A stretch of 64,000 bases of DNA from Clostridia bacterium (GCA_045594045.1 JAZNXV010000034.1:1075-65074), one strand, 5' to 3'; positions 9,311-18,895 are shown, counted from the stretch's first letter. Numbers and translations: made by a program. Notes: generated from the sequence alone by a model not told the origin.

Positions 9311-11149
9311 ATGAAAATAAATAAAATCGTATGTCTGGTACTTACTTTAATACTGACTACCACAATTTCGGTAACTGCTTTTGCAGCTCCGTATCAAAAC
9401 TATACCGTAACTGAATCGGGCGTTTATCCTGAACCTCAGGCTTACGTTCCCGACCAGGTTATCAACAGCGGTCTTATCGGTCTTGAAAACCTTGGCGGCG
9501 TTGCAATCAGCTCGCCCCAGGATTTAACCTTGTATAAAAAGAACGGCTACGTTATTCTTTCCGATACCGGAAATAAGAGAGTTATCGTTCTTGACAGTGA
9601 TTTACGTACGGTTAAACAAATCATTTCAACGTGGACAAAGGATGGGGTAGAGGATACCTTTAAATATCCTAACGGTCTTTTTGTACACGAGGCACAAAAT
9701 CTGCTTTTTGTTTGCGATACCGATAACCAGCGTATAGTAAGCTTCTCATTTAGTGAAGAAACAGGGCTTTTCAGCTTTGTAAGAACTTATGATGACCCCG
9801 ATATTTCAAAATACTTTACCGAGGACGGTGAAGAAAACGTTACAGCAACCGTAACACCAGCACCTACAGAAGAGCCCACTCAGGACGATTCAACCGATGC
9901 AACAGAGGGTGAAGGTACTGCTGATGGCGAAATACCGGACGATGAAATCGAAATCGATAACAACACCTCTACAGAAGGCTCAACGGGTACGCAGGTATCA
10001 TATAAGCCTTTAAAGGTTGTTGTAGATAACGCAATGCGTATGTTTGTAGTTTCTAAAGACTGTTATCAAGGTCTTGTAGAATTAAATGACAACGGTGAAT
10101 TTACAAAGTTCTACGGTGCTACAAAAACAAAGCAATCACTTTCCGCATTGCTTAACCGCTTATTTACGGCTGATGCAAAAAGTAAACGTCAGCAAAACCT
10201 TTCCACAGAGTACAGTAATGTAACTATGGATGACCAAGGTTTTATTTACGGTACTATTTCACAGCTTAAGCTCGATGAGCTTACCGAGCATTTTGCCTCA
10301 TCGGCTGAAATCGGCGCAGCGCTTCGTAAATTGAACGCCGCAGGCTCTGACGTACTTAAGCGTACCGGCATTACTCCTCCTTCGGGAGATAAGGGTGACG
10401 AAAAGAACAGATCAAGCTATTCCTATTTGTGTGACGCAACAGTTTCCAAAAACGGCTTGACAAGTGTTCTCGACTCTCAAAAGGGTAGAGTATTTACCTA
10501 CACAAGCAACGGCGAGCTTCTTTATGTTTTCGGTGCTTTAGGTCAAAAACTCACTCAGGTTGGTGAAGATAAAACGTCATCAAGAGAGGAACAGGTTGGT
10601 TATACCATGGGTACAAACCTTTCGCCTGTTGCAATTCAGCTTCTTAACGATGATGAAACAATAGTTGTTCTTGACGCTCAAGGCGCACAGATGACTACTT
10701 ATAAGCCTACTGAATACGGTTTAATTCTTCGTGATGCTATTAACAGTCACGCAGAGCGCAGATATGACGATGCCTTAGAAGCTTGGAACAAGATTTTAGG
10801 TATGTCATCTAACTCTTCTCTTGCATATCGCGGTGTTGGTAAAATTTATTATCTTAATGCTTCTGTATTAAAGGTTGATGAAAACGCCGATATTGAGAAT
10901 ATTGAGAGTATCCGTATTGAGCAGCGCGAAGAGAAAAAGAAGGTTTTCCTTCAAGCTGCAGATTGCTTTATGAAGGGCTATTCACAAGATGAATACGGCA
11001 GAGCTTTCTATCAGTACAGAGATTTAGTTCTTGAAGACGTTATGCCTTATCTTATGTGGGGTATAATCCTTGTAGTTGCTGCAACTACAATTTTCGGCTG
11101 GGTTAAAAAATTCAAAAAATTTGTTAGGACGGGAGGAAGAGATATCTAA
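9311..11149 (+). CDS. secreted NHL-repeat-like beta-propeller protein with acidic linker, TPR-like segment and C-terminal TM anchor
   Basis: Signal peptide MKINKIVCLVLTLILTTTISVTAFA. Repeated segments of the type GYVILSDTGNKRVIVLD and LLFVCDTDNQRIVSF are present. Low-complexity linker TPAPTEEPTQDDSTDATEGEG and a C-terminal helix LMWGIILVVAATTIFGWVKKFKK. Confidence 0.6.
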   Translation: MKINKIVCLVLTLILTTTISVTAFAAPYQNYTVTESGVYPEPQAYVPDQVINSGLIGLENLGGVAISSPQDLTLYKKNGYVILSDTGNKRVIVLDSDLRTVKQIISTWTKDGVEDTFKYPNGLFVHEAQNLLFVCDTDNQRIVSFSFSEETGLFSFVRTYDDPDISKYFTEDGEENVTATVTPAPTEEPTQDDSTDATEGEGTADGEIPDDEIEIDNNTSTEGSTGTQVSYKPLKVVVDNAMRMFVVSKDCYQGLVELNDNGEFTKFYGATKTKQSLSALLNRLFTADAKSKRQQNLSTEYSNVTMDDQGFIYGTISQLKLDELTEHFASSAEIGAALRKLNAAGSDVLKRTGITPPSGDKGDEKNRSSYSYLCDATVSKNGLTSVLDSQKGRVFTYTSNGELLYVFGALGQKLTQVGEDKTSSREEQVGYTMGTNLSPVAIQLLNDDETIVVLDAQGAQMTTYKPTEYGLILRDAINSHAERRYDDALEAWNKILGMSSNSSLAYRGVGKIYYLNASVLKVDENADIENIESIRIEQREEKKKVFLQAADCFMKGYSQDEYGRAFYQYRDLVLEDVMPYLMWGIILVVAATTIFGWVKKFKKFVRTGGRDI

Positions 11150-11790
11150 TGGAAAAGCTTAAAAATTTCGGCAATGACCTTAAATATGCATTCCACGTTA
11201 TTACTCACCCGCTTGACGGATTTTGGGATTTGAAGCACGAAAAGCGCGGCAGAAGCTATATCGCCGTTCTCTTCCTTGTGCTGTACGTTATTACTGACAT
11301 TTTAAATAAACAGTTTAATAACTATACGTTTAATGCTTTTAAGGTAACACCTGAGGATATTAACATTATAGGTACGTTCGTTTCGGTAGCACTTATAGTT
11401 GTTATTTGGGTTGCTGCCAACTGGGGTCTTACAACCTTGTTTGATGGCGAAGGCAGTATGAAGGACGTGTTTATTTACACGGGATATTCAATGCTTCCCT
11501 TAGTGCTTTCACAAATTATTTTAATTCCCCTTACAAACGTGCTTACGGTTAACGAAGCCGTTATCGTGTCTCTTATTTCTACAATCGGTATCGGTTGGAC
11601 CGCAATCCTTCTTTATACCGGTACTATGACTACTCACCAGTACACCGGAGGCAAAACCTTCATTACGTTATTGGCAATTCTTCTCGGTATGGTTATCATT
11701 GTTTTCTTGAGCGTGTTGTTCTTCTTCCTTGTTCAAGAAATTTGGAACTTTGGCTTTACCATTTATCGAGAGCTTGAGTTACGTAGGTAA
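11149..11790 (+). CDS. Yip1-domain-like polytopic membrane protein
   Basis: The 213-aa protein has five hydrophobic helices and an N-terminus (FHVITHPLDGFWDLKHEKRG) typical of bacterial YIP1-family proteins. Its start overlaps the upstream stop (TAATG). Confidence 0.6.
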   Translation: MEKLKNFGNDLKYAFHVITHPLDGFWDLKHEKRGRSYIAVLFLVLYVITDILNKQFNNYTFNAFKVTPEDINIIGTFVSVALIVVIWVAANWGLTTLFDGEGSMKDVFIYTGYSMLPLVLSQIILIPLTNVLTVNEAVIVSLISTIGIGWTAILLYTGTMTTHQYTGGKTFITLLAILLGMVIIVFLSVLFFFLVQEIWNFGFTIYRELELRR

Positions 11791-11800
11791 CGGAGGTGGA

Positions 11801-14509
11801 ATGAACATGAAAAAAAGAATTATTTCCGCCTTGTTAATACTTTTATTGCTTCTTCCTATTATGGTAATGTTTACCGGTTGTGCAACAGAAGTAGAAGAAG
11901 GCTATATTACTCCAACAAACAATGAACCTGATTATCAGTTCAGCGCTAATGCTCCCACCTTCGTTCGTGAGGACAAAGATAAGGATACTATCTTCACTTT
12001 AATTGAAGAAAATGATAAGTACGAGTTCTACTTTAGCTCGGAAATTCTTGAAATTGCTTTAAAGAGCAAGGAAACAGGTGAAATTTGGTATTCAAATCCT
12101 GCGCCCTCTGATAGAAATATCGGCATCAAGAGTGAAATGAGTAGCCAGGTTTCCTTGTTTTATTTAAACAAGAAGGACGGCAGCCAAAGCACTCTCGAAA
12201 GCTATCTTGACTGTATTTTAAATAATAATGAAGAGTTGGGTATTGAACAGTACCATGTTGTTAATCACAACGGTAATCTGCGAGTTATCTATGTTTTAGG
12301 TCAAATAAAGCCTGATTATATTATTCCCACTTGTATTGAAGGCTCAGTAGCCGAACAGTACGCGGCGGCAATGAAGGCTGATCCTAAGCATTCAAGCCAG
12401 GCAAGAGCTATCACCACGGGTAGTGTGTATGCAAAAATTACACCTAACGTATGGAGCACATATACTACCGATATACAAAACGAATATTTGCAAATTGCAC
12501 CTAACATGGGTCAGTTTATTGCTGAAGGAAAAACGGTTTATATCATAAAGGACCAAACAAAGCTTTACAACGCAGAGCGTATGCAAAAGCTTCAGGCAGC
12601 CTTTGTTGAGGTTATTGGTATGGACCTTGAAGCCCGCGACAAAATAAACGAAGAGTTCGGTGTAGAAATCGAACCTGCAAAGACCTTCTGGATTCCGGTT
12701 GACTACGAGCTTACGTCGGGCGGTCTTAGCGTAACAATTCCCAACGAAGAAATTAAGTACGATACAAACACCTTTGCTATCGCATCAATTAACCTGCTTC
12801 AATATTTTGGCTCCGCTTCAAAAAGCGAAGAAGGTTATATGTTTGTTCCCGATGGCTCAGGCGCAATTATTAATTTCAATAACGGAAAAACAAACATTTC
12901 CAAGGATATTCGCGTGCAGCTTTACGGCCTTGACGACGGACGTGAACTGTTAACAAGACCCTATAGAAACGAGCAGGCATATCTCCCCGTTTTCGGTATC
13001 AAAAAGGCAAACAGTGCGCTTTTCGGTATTATTGAAAGCGGTGATACAAATGCTACGATAGTTGCAGATATTGCAGGCAAAAACGTTACTGCAGTTGATC
13101 GCAACAGATGCTATACAAGCTTTAAAATGTCTGAATATGAAGAAATTCAGTTCAAGAGCGCCGGTAAGGTTTCTCGTATTTATCAGAACGAGATGAACTC
13201 GGCTGACCTCTCAATCACCTATTCAATTCTTGACGGTGAAAAGGCTAATTACAGCGGTATGGCGGAGTATTATAGAAATTACCTTATTGATAAGGGCGTT
13301 TTAAGCAAAAAGAACTTTAAGGATATTCCGTTTAATATCGAGCTTGTTGGTGCTTATGACCATAAAACTGCTTTCTTAGGTGTTGGCTATACAGAGATGA
13401 AGGCTATCACAACCTTCGACCAATGCCAAGAGCTTATTAAAAAGCTTGCAGATAAGGGCGTTAAGAATATTTCGATCAACTATAAGGGTTGGGCGAACAA
13501 CGGCTTAAGAAACAGCGTGTTTAACAAGGCTCACGTGCTTGATGCATTAGGCGGCAAAAACGGTTTAACCAATTTGCTTAATTATGCCGAAGGCTTGGGT
13601 GTAAACGTGTTCTTTGAAACAGAGCTTGCTCTTGTTTATAAAACGGAGCTGTTCGGCGGATACAATACGCTTACACAGGCTTCAAGACTTGTAACACGTG
13701 ATATTGCATATCATTATCAGTATATTGATAACTGGAATACGGCTTCACCCGATAATAAGGCTACGATAGCCGCTCCCTCAAATATTTATAATATTGATAG
13801 CGAAGATAACAGCAGAAGCTTCTTAACAGGTCTTGTAAACGATATAAACAACCTTAATATTAAGGCAGTAAGTCTTGGTAGCCTTGCAAACAATCTTCCG
13901 GGCAACTATAAGGTTGACGATTTCTATGATAGAGACAAAACAGCCAAAACTTATGCTGCCGTTGCAAAGAAATTCAGCGAAGACAAGATTGTTATGGGTA
14001 AGAGTGCTAATAACTATATGCTTGCCTACGTTGATGAAATCTTTGAAATCAGCAACATAAGCAGTAAGTTTAACCTTGCTGACCAATCAGTTCCCTTCTA
14101 TCAGATGGTAATTCATGGTTGCATTGAGTATTCCGGTGAGCCTATTAACCTTAACGGCGATACCCGCAGAACCTTCCTTCAGGCTGTTGAAGCAGGCTCC
14201 GGCTTATATTACCGTTGGTGCTATGCTCCAAACACCGAAGTTCAGGACCTTTGGTTTGAGGGTATGTATTCATTGAATTACGAGGCTTGGCTTGATGAAG
14301 CTATTGCTATGTACAATGAATATAATAATATGCTTTCGGATACCGCAGATGCTTTCCTTGTAAATCACGAGGCTGTTGCCGAAAATGTAAACAAGATTAC
14401 ATACAGTAACGGTGTTGAGGTTTATATCAACTATAACTCTTATGATTACACTGCGGCAGACGGCACGCTTGTTAAAGCAGAATCTTTTGCAAAGGGGGGG
14501 AATAATTAA
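11801..14509 (+). CDS. large (~900 aa) lipoprotein of unknown function (from memory, resembles DUF5696-type proteins)
   Basis: The lipobox reads MVMFTGC. The start is ATG 11801 or ATG 11807, both behind GGAGGTGG. The ORF-track start at 11729 overlaps the Yip1 gene. No catalytic motif is recognisable by eye. Confidence 0.7.
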   Translation: MNMKKRIISALLILLLLLPIMVMFTGCATEVEEGYITPTNNEPDYQFSANAPTFVREDKDKDTIFTLIEENDKYEFYFSSEILEIALKSKETGEIWYSNPAPSDRNIGIKSEMSSQVSLFYLNKKDGSQSTLESYLDCILNNNEELGIEQYHVVNHNGNLRVIYVLGQIKPDYIIPTCIEGSVAEQYAAAMKADPKHSSQARAITTGSVYAKITPNVWSTYTTDIQNEYLQIAPNMGQFIAEGKTVYIIKDQTKLYNAERMQKLQAAFVEVIGMDLEARDKINEEFGVEIEPAKTFWIPVDYELTSGGLSVTIPNEEIKYDTNTFAIASINLLQYFGSASKSEEGYMFVPDGSGAIINFNNGKTNISKDIRVQLYGLDDGRELLTRPYRNEQAYLPVFGIKKANSALFGIIESGDTNATIVADIAGKNVTAVDRNRCYTSFKMSEYEEIQFKSAGKVSRIYQNEMNSADLSITYSILDGEKANYSGMAEYYRNYLIDKGVLSKKNFKDIPFNIELVGAYDHKTAFLGVGYTEMKAITTFDQCQELIKKLADKGVKNISINYKGWANNGLRNSVFNKAHVLDALGGKNGLTNLLNYAEGLGVNVFFETELALVYKTELFGGYNTLTQASRLVTRDIAYHYQYIDNWNTASPDNKATIAAPSNIYNIDSEDNSRSFLTGLVNDINNLNIKAVSLGSLANNLPGNYKVDDFYDRDKTAKTYAAVAKKFSEDKIVMGKSANNYMLAYVDEIFEISNISSKFNLADQSVPFYQMVIHGCIEYSGEPINLNGDTRRTFLQAVEAGSGLYYRWCYAPNTEVQDLWFEGMYSLNYEAWLDEAIAMYNEYNNMLSDTADAFLVNHEAVAENVNKITYSNGVEVYINYNSYDYTAADGTLVKAESFAKGGNN

Positions 14510-15402
14510 TGAAAAAACCAAAAACTTATAAATTGGGCTTAATGACAAGGCGCTCATTATCGGGTTGGTTATTTGTGCTTCCGTTTATTATCGGTTTGAT
14601 TTTCTTTGTATTATCTCCCTTATATACGGCATTAGTTCTTTCGTTTAACACACAGTCATTTAACAACGTTACGGGCATCACAAGCCTTATTCCTAACGGC
14701 TTTGATGCATACGTAAAATCTCTTTCCGATCAAGGCGATTTCATTGAAAGGTTGCTTAGCTCCGGATCAAACCTGTTGATTATGGTGCCTTCAACGTTGA
14801 TTTTCAGCTTTTTGATGGCTAACGTACTTAACCAAGATTTCCACGGCAGAACCTTTGCCCGTGCGGTACTGTTTATGCCTGTTATCACCTCAGCCGGTGT
14901 TGCGGCAACAATGCTTGCAGGCGAAACCGGTGTTGACTCAGGTCAAATGGCTTCCGTTGGCTCTCAGGCAATGAATATTGCAGGTAGTATTCAGGATTCT
15001 ATTGGCGGCTCCTTCGGTGCATTCATCGGAACTGCATTTGATAAGCTTACGGATATTATCAACGGTGCAGGTGTTCCCACGTTGATTTTCCTTGCAGGCT
15101 TGCAAACCATTTCACCGTCAATCTTTGAATCTTCAAAGGTTGAAGGTGCTACGGGTTGGGAAAACTTCTGGAAGATAACCTTCCCCATGATAAGTCCCAT
15201 GATTCTTGTTAATACCGTTTACATCTTAATCGAAGTGCTTTGCGGTATGAAAAGTCCTATGCTTTCCTATTTGTACGACAAAAATGCGGCTCTTCCTCAG
15301 GTTGAGTTAATGGCAATGAGCTGGATGTACTTCTTGTTTACAGCCGTTATTATAAGCGCTGTAGCAGGCATTATATCAAAGCTTGTTTACTATGAGAACT
15401 AA
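14509..15402 (+). CDS. carbohydrate ABC transporter permease (MalF/UgpA-like), pair 2
   Basis: EAA-like loop FESSKVEGATGWENFWKITFPMISP. The TAATG start overlaps the upstream stop. Confidence 0.85.
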   Translation: MKKPKTYKLGLMTRRSLSGWLFVLPFIIGLIFFVLSPLYTALVLSFNTQSFNNVTGITSLIPNGFDAYVKSLSDQGDFIERLLSSGSNLLIMVPSTLIFSFLMANVLNQDFHGRTFARAVLFMPVITSAGVAATMLAGETGVDSGQMASVGSQAMNIAGSIQDSIGGSFGAFIGTAFDKLTDIINGAGVPTLIFLAGLQTISPSIFESSKVEGATGWENFWKITFPMISPMILVNTVYILIEVLCGMKSPMLSYLYDKNAALPQVELMAMSWMYFLFTAVIISAVAGIISKLVYYEN

Positions 15403-15416
15403 GGGGGGTGTAGGAA

Positions 15417-16454
15417 ATGGAAAAATCTGAAAAGATAAAGGTAACTAATGAAGTAGGTGCCGAAGAGGTTGATAACTACGTTATACCTACACTTACAAGA
15501 TGGCAAAAATTTAAGCGCGCTTTGTTTGGCAAAAGAGCCTTTGGATTAGTTTGGGGTCTCATACGTTCCGTTCTGTTGATCGGTATTTGCTACCTTATTC
15601 TCTATCCAATGTTAATTACTGTTATTACCTCGTTTATGTCCTCGGCTGACGTTTACGACCCAACGGTAATTCTTATTCCCCGTTCAATTAACGTTAACAC
15701 GTACATTGCTATGTGGCGTTATGCGGAAATACCGAAGCTTTACTTAAATTCATTTTCATCAGCTCTCGTATTTGCATTGATGCAAATGTGTTCCTGTATG
15801 CTTGTTGCTTACGGCTTGGCAAGGTTCAAGTTTAAGGGTAATAACTTTATATTCCTTATGTGTATATTTACACTTATGGTTCCCGTTCAAATGCTTGCAA
15901 CGTCAATGTATTTCAGATATAAGGCATTTAACCCCTTATATATGTTTACCTTTGGCGAACAGCTTTCAATGGTGCCCAATATTGACCTTACACGCGGTTG
16001 GACGGCAATCGGCTTGCTGTCCGCAACGGCTACAATGTACCGCAACGGTTTATTCGTATTCTTGTTGCGTCAGTATTTTATCAACCAGCCTAAAGAGCTT
16101 GAAGAAGCTGCTTATATTGACGGCGCAGGACCTTTCAGAACCTTCTTACAGGTTATGCTTCCCAGCGCAACGCCAATGCTTGTAACAGTTTTCCTCTTTG
16201 CTTTCGTTTGGCAGTACAACGATATTTATTACGTTTCGATGCTTAACCCCGGTGCAGAGGTTATGGCTACAAGAATTCTTAATATGGGTCAAAGCTATGT
16301 TGGCTCGGTGCTCGACGTTACCGGTGACATTGTTCTTAACTCGCTGTATCAATCGGCTTGTACGGTTATGCACGTTGGACCTATCGTTGTTCTCTATTGC
16401 TTCTGTCAGAAATTCTTTGTACAGAGTATCGAGCGTTCCGGTATGGTTGGCTAA
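15417..16454 (+). CDS. carbohydrate ABC transporter permease (MalG/UgpE-like, N-terminally extended), pair 2
   Basis: EAA loop EEAAYIDGAGPFRTFLQVMLPSATP and a GGGGG RBS. Confidence 0.85.
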   Translation: MEKSEKIKVTNEVGAEEVDNYVIPTLTRWQKFKRALFGKRAFGLVWGLIRSVLLIGICYLILYPMLITVITSFMSSADVYDPTVILIPRSINVNTYIAMWRYAEIPKLYLNSFSSALVFALMQMCSCMLVAYGLARFKFKGNNFIFLMCIFTLMVPVQMLATSMYFRYKAFNPLYMFTFGEQLSMVPNIDLTRGWTAIGLLSATATMYRNGLFVFLLRQYFINQPKELEEAAYIDGAGPFRTFLQVMLPSATPMLVTVFLFAFVWQYNDIYYVSMLNPGAEVMATRILNMGQSYVGSVLDVTGDIVLNSLYQSACTVMHVGPIVVLYCFCQKFFVQSIERSGMVG

Positions 16455-16461
16455 TAAAAAT

Positions 16462-16497
16462 AAAAAAAGGACATTCATATGTCCTTTTTTCTTTTTT
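16462..16497 (+). terminator. intrinsic terminator of the 12-kb operon
   Basis: GGACAT (16469-74) pairs with ATGTCC (16479-84) around loop TCAT. The stem is extended by A/T pairs and followed by TTTTTTCTTTTTT. Confidence 0.85.
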
Positions 16498-16568
16498 GGA
16501 ACAAAATAAGAAGCAGTAAGGTTATCAGATAAAACCCAAACTAAACATTAAATGCATTGGCTGTGTGC

Positions 16569-16739
16569 TTAAAGCTCCTGCTGAGGAAAAAGCCTTTTTA
16601 ATTTTTCGGCACATCGTCTGTAGCCTGCTCTGTGGGCGTTAGCAGTTAAAATTTTCCATTCGCAATCGGCGCAAATATGTACGCCTAAAATCATTAAATT
16701 ATCTTTTTTTTCGTCTCCGCAAATACAACATTTTGCCAT
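16569..16739 (-). CDS. gin: sporulation anti-sigma-G factor Gin (CsfB)-like zinc-binding protein
   Basis: MAKCCICGDEKKDNLMILGVHICADCEWKILT... has two CxxC pairs spaced as in B. subtilis CsfB, plus a YxxxxEKLKRLF tail. The start is trimmed to ATG 16739 behind GAGGTG. Confidence 0.7.
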   Translation of the reverse strand: MAKCCICGDEKKDNLMILGVHICADCEWKILTANAHRAGYRRCAEKLKRLFPQQEL

Positions 16740-16811
16740 AAAAATCACCTCAAAACAATTATGAGCATTGTGATACATTATATTCATAAATTTTATTTTG
16801 GTGAAAGCGTT

Positions 16812-16851
16812 TTTTATAAAAAAATACGGAGTTAACTTCCATTAACTCCGT
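16812..16851 (-). terminator. intrinsic terminator closing the RRE-RmlA-kinase operon
   Basis: On the minus strand the hairpin ACGGAGTTAA/TTAACTCCGT (16826-16851) is followed by ATTTTTTTAT. Confidence 0.8.
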
Positions 16852-16866
16852 AGGATAAAACATAGG

Positions 16867-17571
16867 TTATTGGTCCGCAGACATTACCTTGTGCGCTAAA
16901 ACGGCCGCAGCCTCGTTAGGAAGGCAGGTAAGGCGGTAAAAGGGGATAGAGGCGATTAAAGCATCAAGCTCGTTTAAAAGCGCGTTAGAACGCTCTAAAC
17001 CTGCTCTGCGCATAGTTTGCGACAGCATTACCTGCAGTATTTCCACCGGCGACGTTAAACGCTCAATGGTATTTGCTTCGCCACGTTCAATAAAGCATAT
17101 TGCCTGCAGTGGAACCTTTGCGTTAACGTTTTTTGAGCTTGAACCGCTCCAAGGAGTACCGTAAACGTGATATTTCCCGTCTGTAAACCGCAACGCCGGC
17201 TTATCGTCATTAATAACGAATGCCTCAGGAAACACCTCAGTCCAAAGCGTAGTATGCGTAGATTTACCTACGCCCGATTCAGCAGAAAAGAGATAAGCCT
17301 TATTTTCGTAGGCTACAGCCGAAGCGTGCAGAACAAATCCGCCCTTTTCTAAAAGCTTTGCGGCAAATAGTTTGCTGTAAATATTGTATTGCACGTTTGA
17401 CGTGTTTAAATCGGGACGTTTTTCTAACTGCTTTAAAATAAAGGGCTCGCAATCCTCAAGAACAATATCGGGATTGTTGCAGTAGGGAACCAAATATTTT
17501 TCAGCGTGCTCTTGGGTGCGCCCAAAACAGTTCATATTAACTATGTAATCGGCAATAGAATATGATTTCAT
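16867..17571 (-). CDS. HPr-kinase-C-like P-loop protein (candidate peptide/precursor kinase)
   Basis: The motif HASAVAYENKAYLFSAESGVGKSTHTTLW resembles the HPr kinase/lasso-kinase P-loop (SGxGKS). Its ATG directly abuts the TAA of the upstream RmlA gene. Confidence 0.6.
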   Translation of the reverse strand: MKSYSIADYIVNMNCFGRTQEHAEKYLVPYCNNPDIVLEDCEPFILKQLEKRPDLNTSNVQYNIYSKLFAAKLLEKGGFVLHASAVAYENKAYLFSAESGVGKSTHTTLWTEVFPEAFVINDDKPALRFTDGKYHVYGTPWSGSSSKNVNAKVPLQAICFIERGEANTIERLTSPVEILQVMLSQTMRRAGLERSNALLNELDALIASIPFYRLTCLPNEAAAVLAHKVMSADQ

Positions 17572-18462
17572 TTAAAACTTTTTATTTCTTTCGGCAAGAC
17601 TGATAATGTATTTGCCGTAGTCAGTTGTTTTTGTGTCTTCGCCTAAAGCTCTGAGCTGCTCGGTAGTAATGAAGCCTCTGCGCCATGCAATTTCTTCAAT
17701 ACAGGAGATATAGAAGCCCTGGAGAGACTGTACTGCCTGCACGTAAGAAGAAGCGGTAAGCATACCGTCAGGAGTGCCCGTATCAAGCCAAGCCATACCT
17801 CTGCCCATCAAAATAACGTTAAGGTCCTTGTTTTTTAAATATTCGTTATTAACTGCGGTAATTTCAATTTCGCCGCGGGCAGAAGGCTTAACATTCTTTG
17901 CTATTTCAATTACGCGGTTATCATAGAAATATAAACCCGGTACGGCAAAATTGCTTTTGGGATTTTCGGGCTTTTCTTCAATGGAAATAACCTTGTGGTT
18001 TTCGTCAAATTCAACAACGCCGAAGGCTCTTGGGTCGGAAACGGGATAGCCGAAAATTGTAGCACCTGTTTCCACGGCTTTTGCGCGGAAAAGAAGTTGT
18101 GAGAAATTTTGACCGTAAAAAACGTTGTCGCCTAAAATAAGGCAAACGTTGTCATCACCTATAAAATCTTCACCGATAATAAAAGCATCGGCTAATCCGC
18201 GGGGAGTGTCCTGCACGGCATAAGAAATAGAAATGCCTAAATGCGAGCCGTCACCCAACAATGCGCGGTAAAGGGGTGTGTCGTTAGGTGTTGAAATAAT
18301 AAGTACCTCGTCAATACCTGCGAGTAAAAGCACAGATAAGGGGTAGTAAATAAGAGGCTTATCATAAATAGGCAATAATTGCTTCGATACAACCTTAGTC
18401 ATAGGATAAAGGCGAGTGCCTTTACCACCGGCAAGAATAATACCTTTTGTTTTTTTTGTCAT
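17572..18462 (-). CDS. rmlA: glucose-1-phosphate thymidylyltransferase (RmlA/RfbA type)
   Basis: N-terminus [38 protein letters not shown] and an RmlA-like C-terminus [15 protein letters not shown]. The start is trimmed to ATG 18462 behind GGAGGA. Confidence 0.85.
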   Translation of the reverse strand: MTKKTKGIILAGGKGTRLYPMTKVVSKQLLPIYDKPLIYYPLSVLLLAGIDEVLIISTPNDTPLYRALLGDGSHLGISISYAVQDTPRGLADAFIIGEDFIGDDNVCLILGDNVFYGQNFSQLLFRAKAVETGATIFGYPVSDPRAFGVVEFDENHKVISIEEKPENPKSNFAVPGLYFYDNRVIEIAKNVKPSARGEIEITAVNNEYLKNKDLNVILMGRGMAWLDTGTPDGMLTASSYVQAVQSLQGFYISCIEEIAWRRGFITTEQLRALGEDTKTTDYGKYIISLAERNKKF

Positions 18463-18501
18463 TTTTTCTTCCTCCATATAAATTCGTTAAAACAGTAATT
18501 A

Positions 18502-18762
18502 TTATTCAAAAACGTCTATAGAGTTGAGTGTGCGCAGAAAATCGTCGGTATCAGCCTCGGCAATAGCACGGTCGATTTCATATTCGTTTGAAAGAGCAGT
18601 AATAACCTCTTCACGCGTTGCGCCCTTTACTAAAAGGTTCCATATAAAAACACCGGACTCATTCAAGGTAAGCATACCCGTAAAATCAGATTCGTCGTTT
18701 ACGGATATAACCGTATTGATGCCGGCAATGCTTTTTAGAATAAAGCACTCCTTAATTTTCAT
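18502..18762 (-). CDS. PqqD-family protein (RiPP recognition element-like)
   Basis: The 86-aa protein contains LNESGVFIWNLLVKGATREEVITALSNEYEIDRAIAEADTDDFLRTLNSIDV, the typical PqqD/RRE pattern. AAGGAG RBS. Confidence 0.75.
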   Translation of the reverse strand: MKIKECFILKSIAGINTVISVNDESDFTGMLTLNESGVFIWNLLVKGATREEVITALSNEYEIDRAIAEADTDDFLRTLNSIDVFE

Positions 18763-18791
18763 AGCAAATCACTCCTTGTAAGCATAAAAAT

Positions 18792-18821
18792 ATTATACAA
18801 TAAATATGCAATAAATGTCAA
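18792..18821 (-). promoter_or_regulatory. sigma-A-type promoter for the RRE-RmlA-kinase operon
   Basis: Minus strand reads TTGACA (18821-18816), an 18-nt spacer, then TATAAT (18797-18792). Confidence 0.6.
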
Positions 18822-18866
18822 GGATAACGCGAAGGCAAAAAAATATTAAATTATTAAAAAAACTTA

Positions 18867-18895
18867 TTGACAAGAAGATATGCTGGTGATATAAT
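18867..18895 (+). promoter_or_regulatory. sigma-A-type promoter for the small peptide gene
   Basis: TTGACA (18867-72), a 17-nt spacer, then TGaTATAAT (18887-95), a consensus extended -10. Confidence 0.7.
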
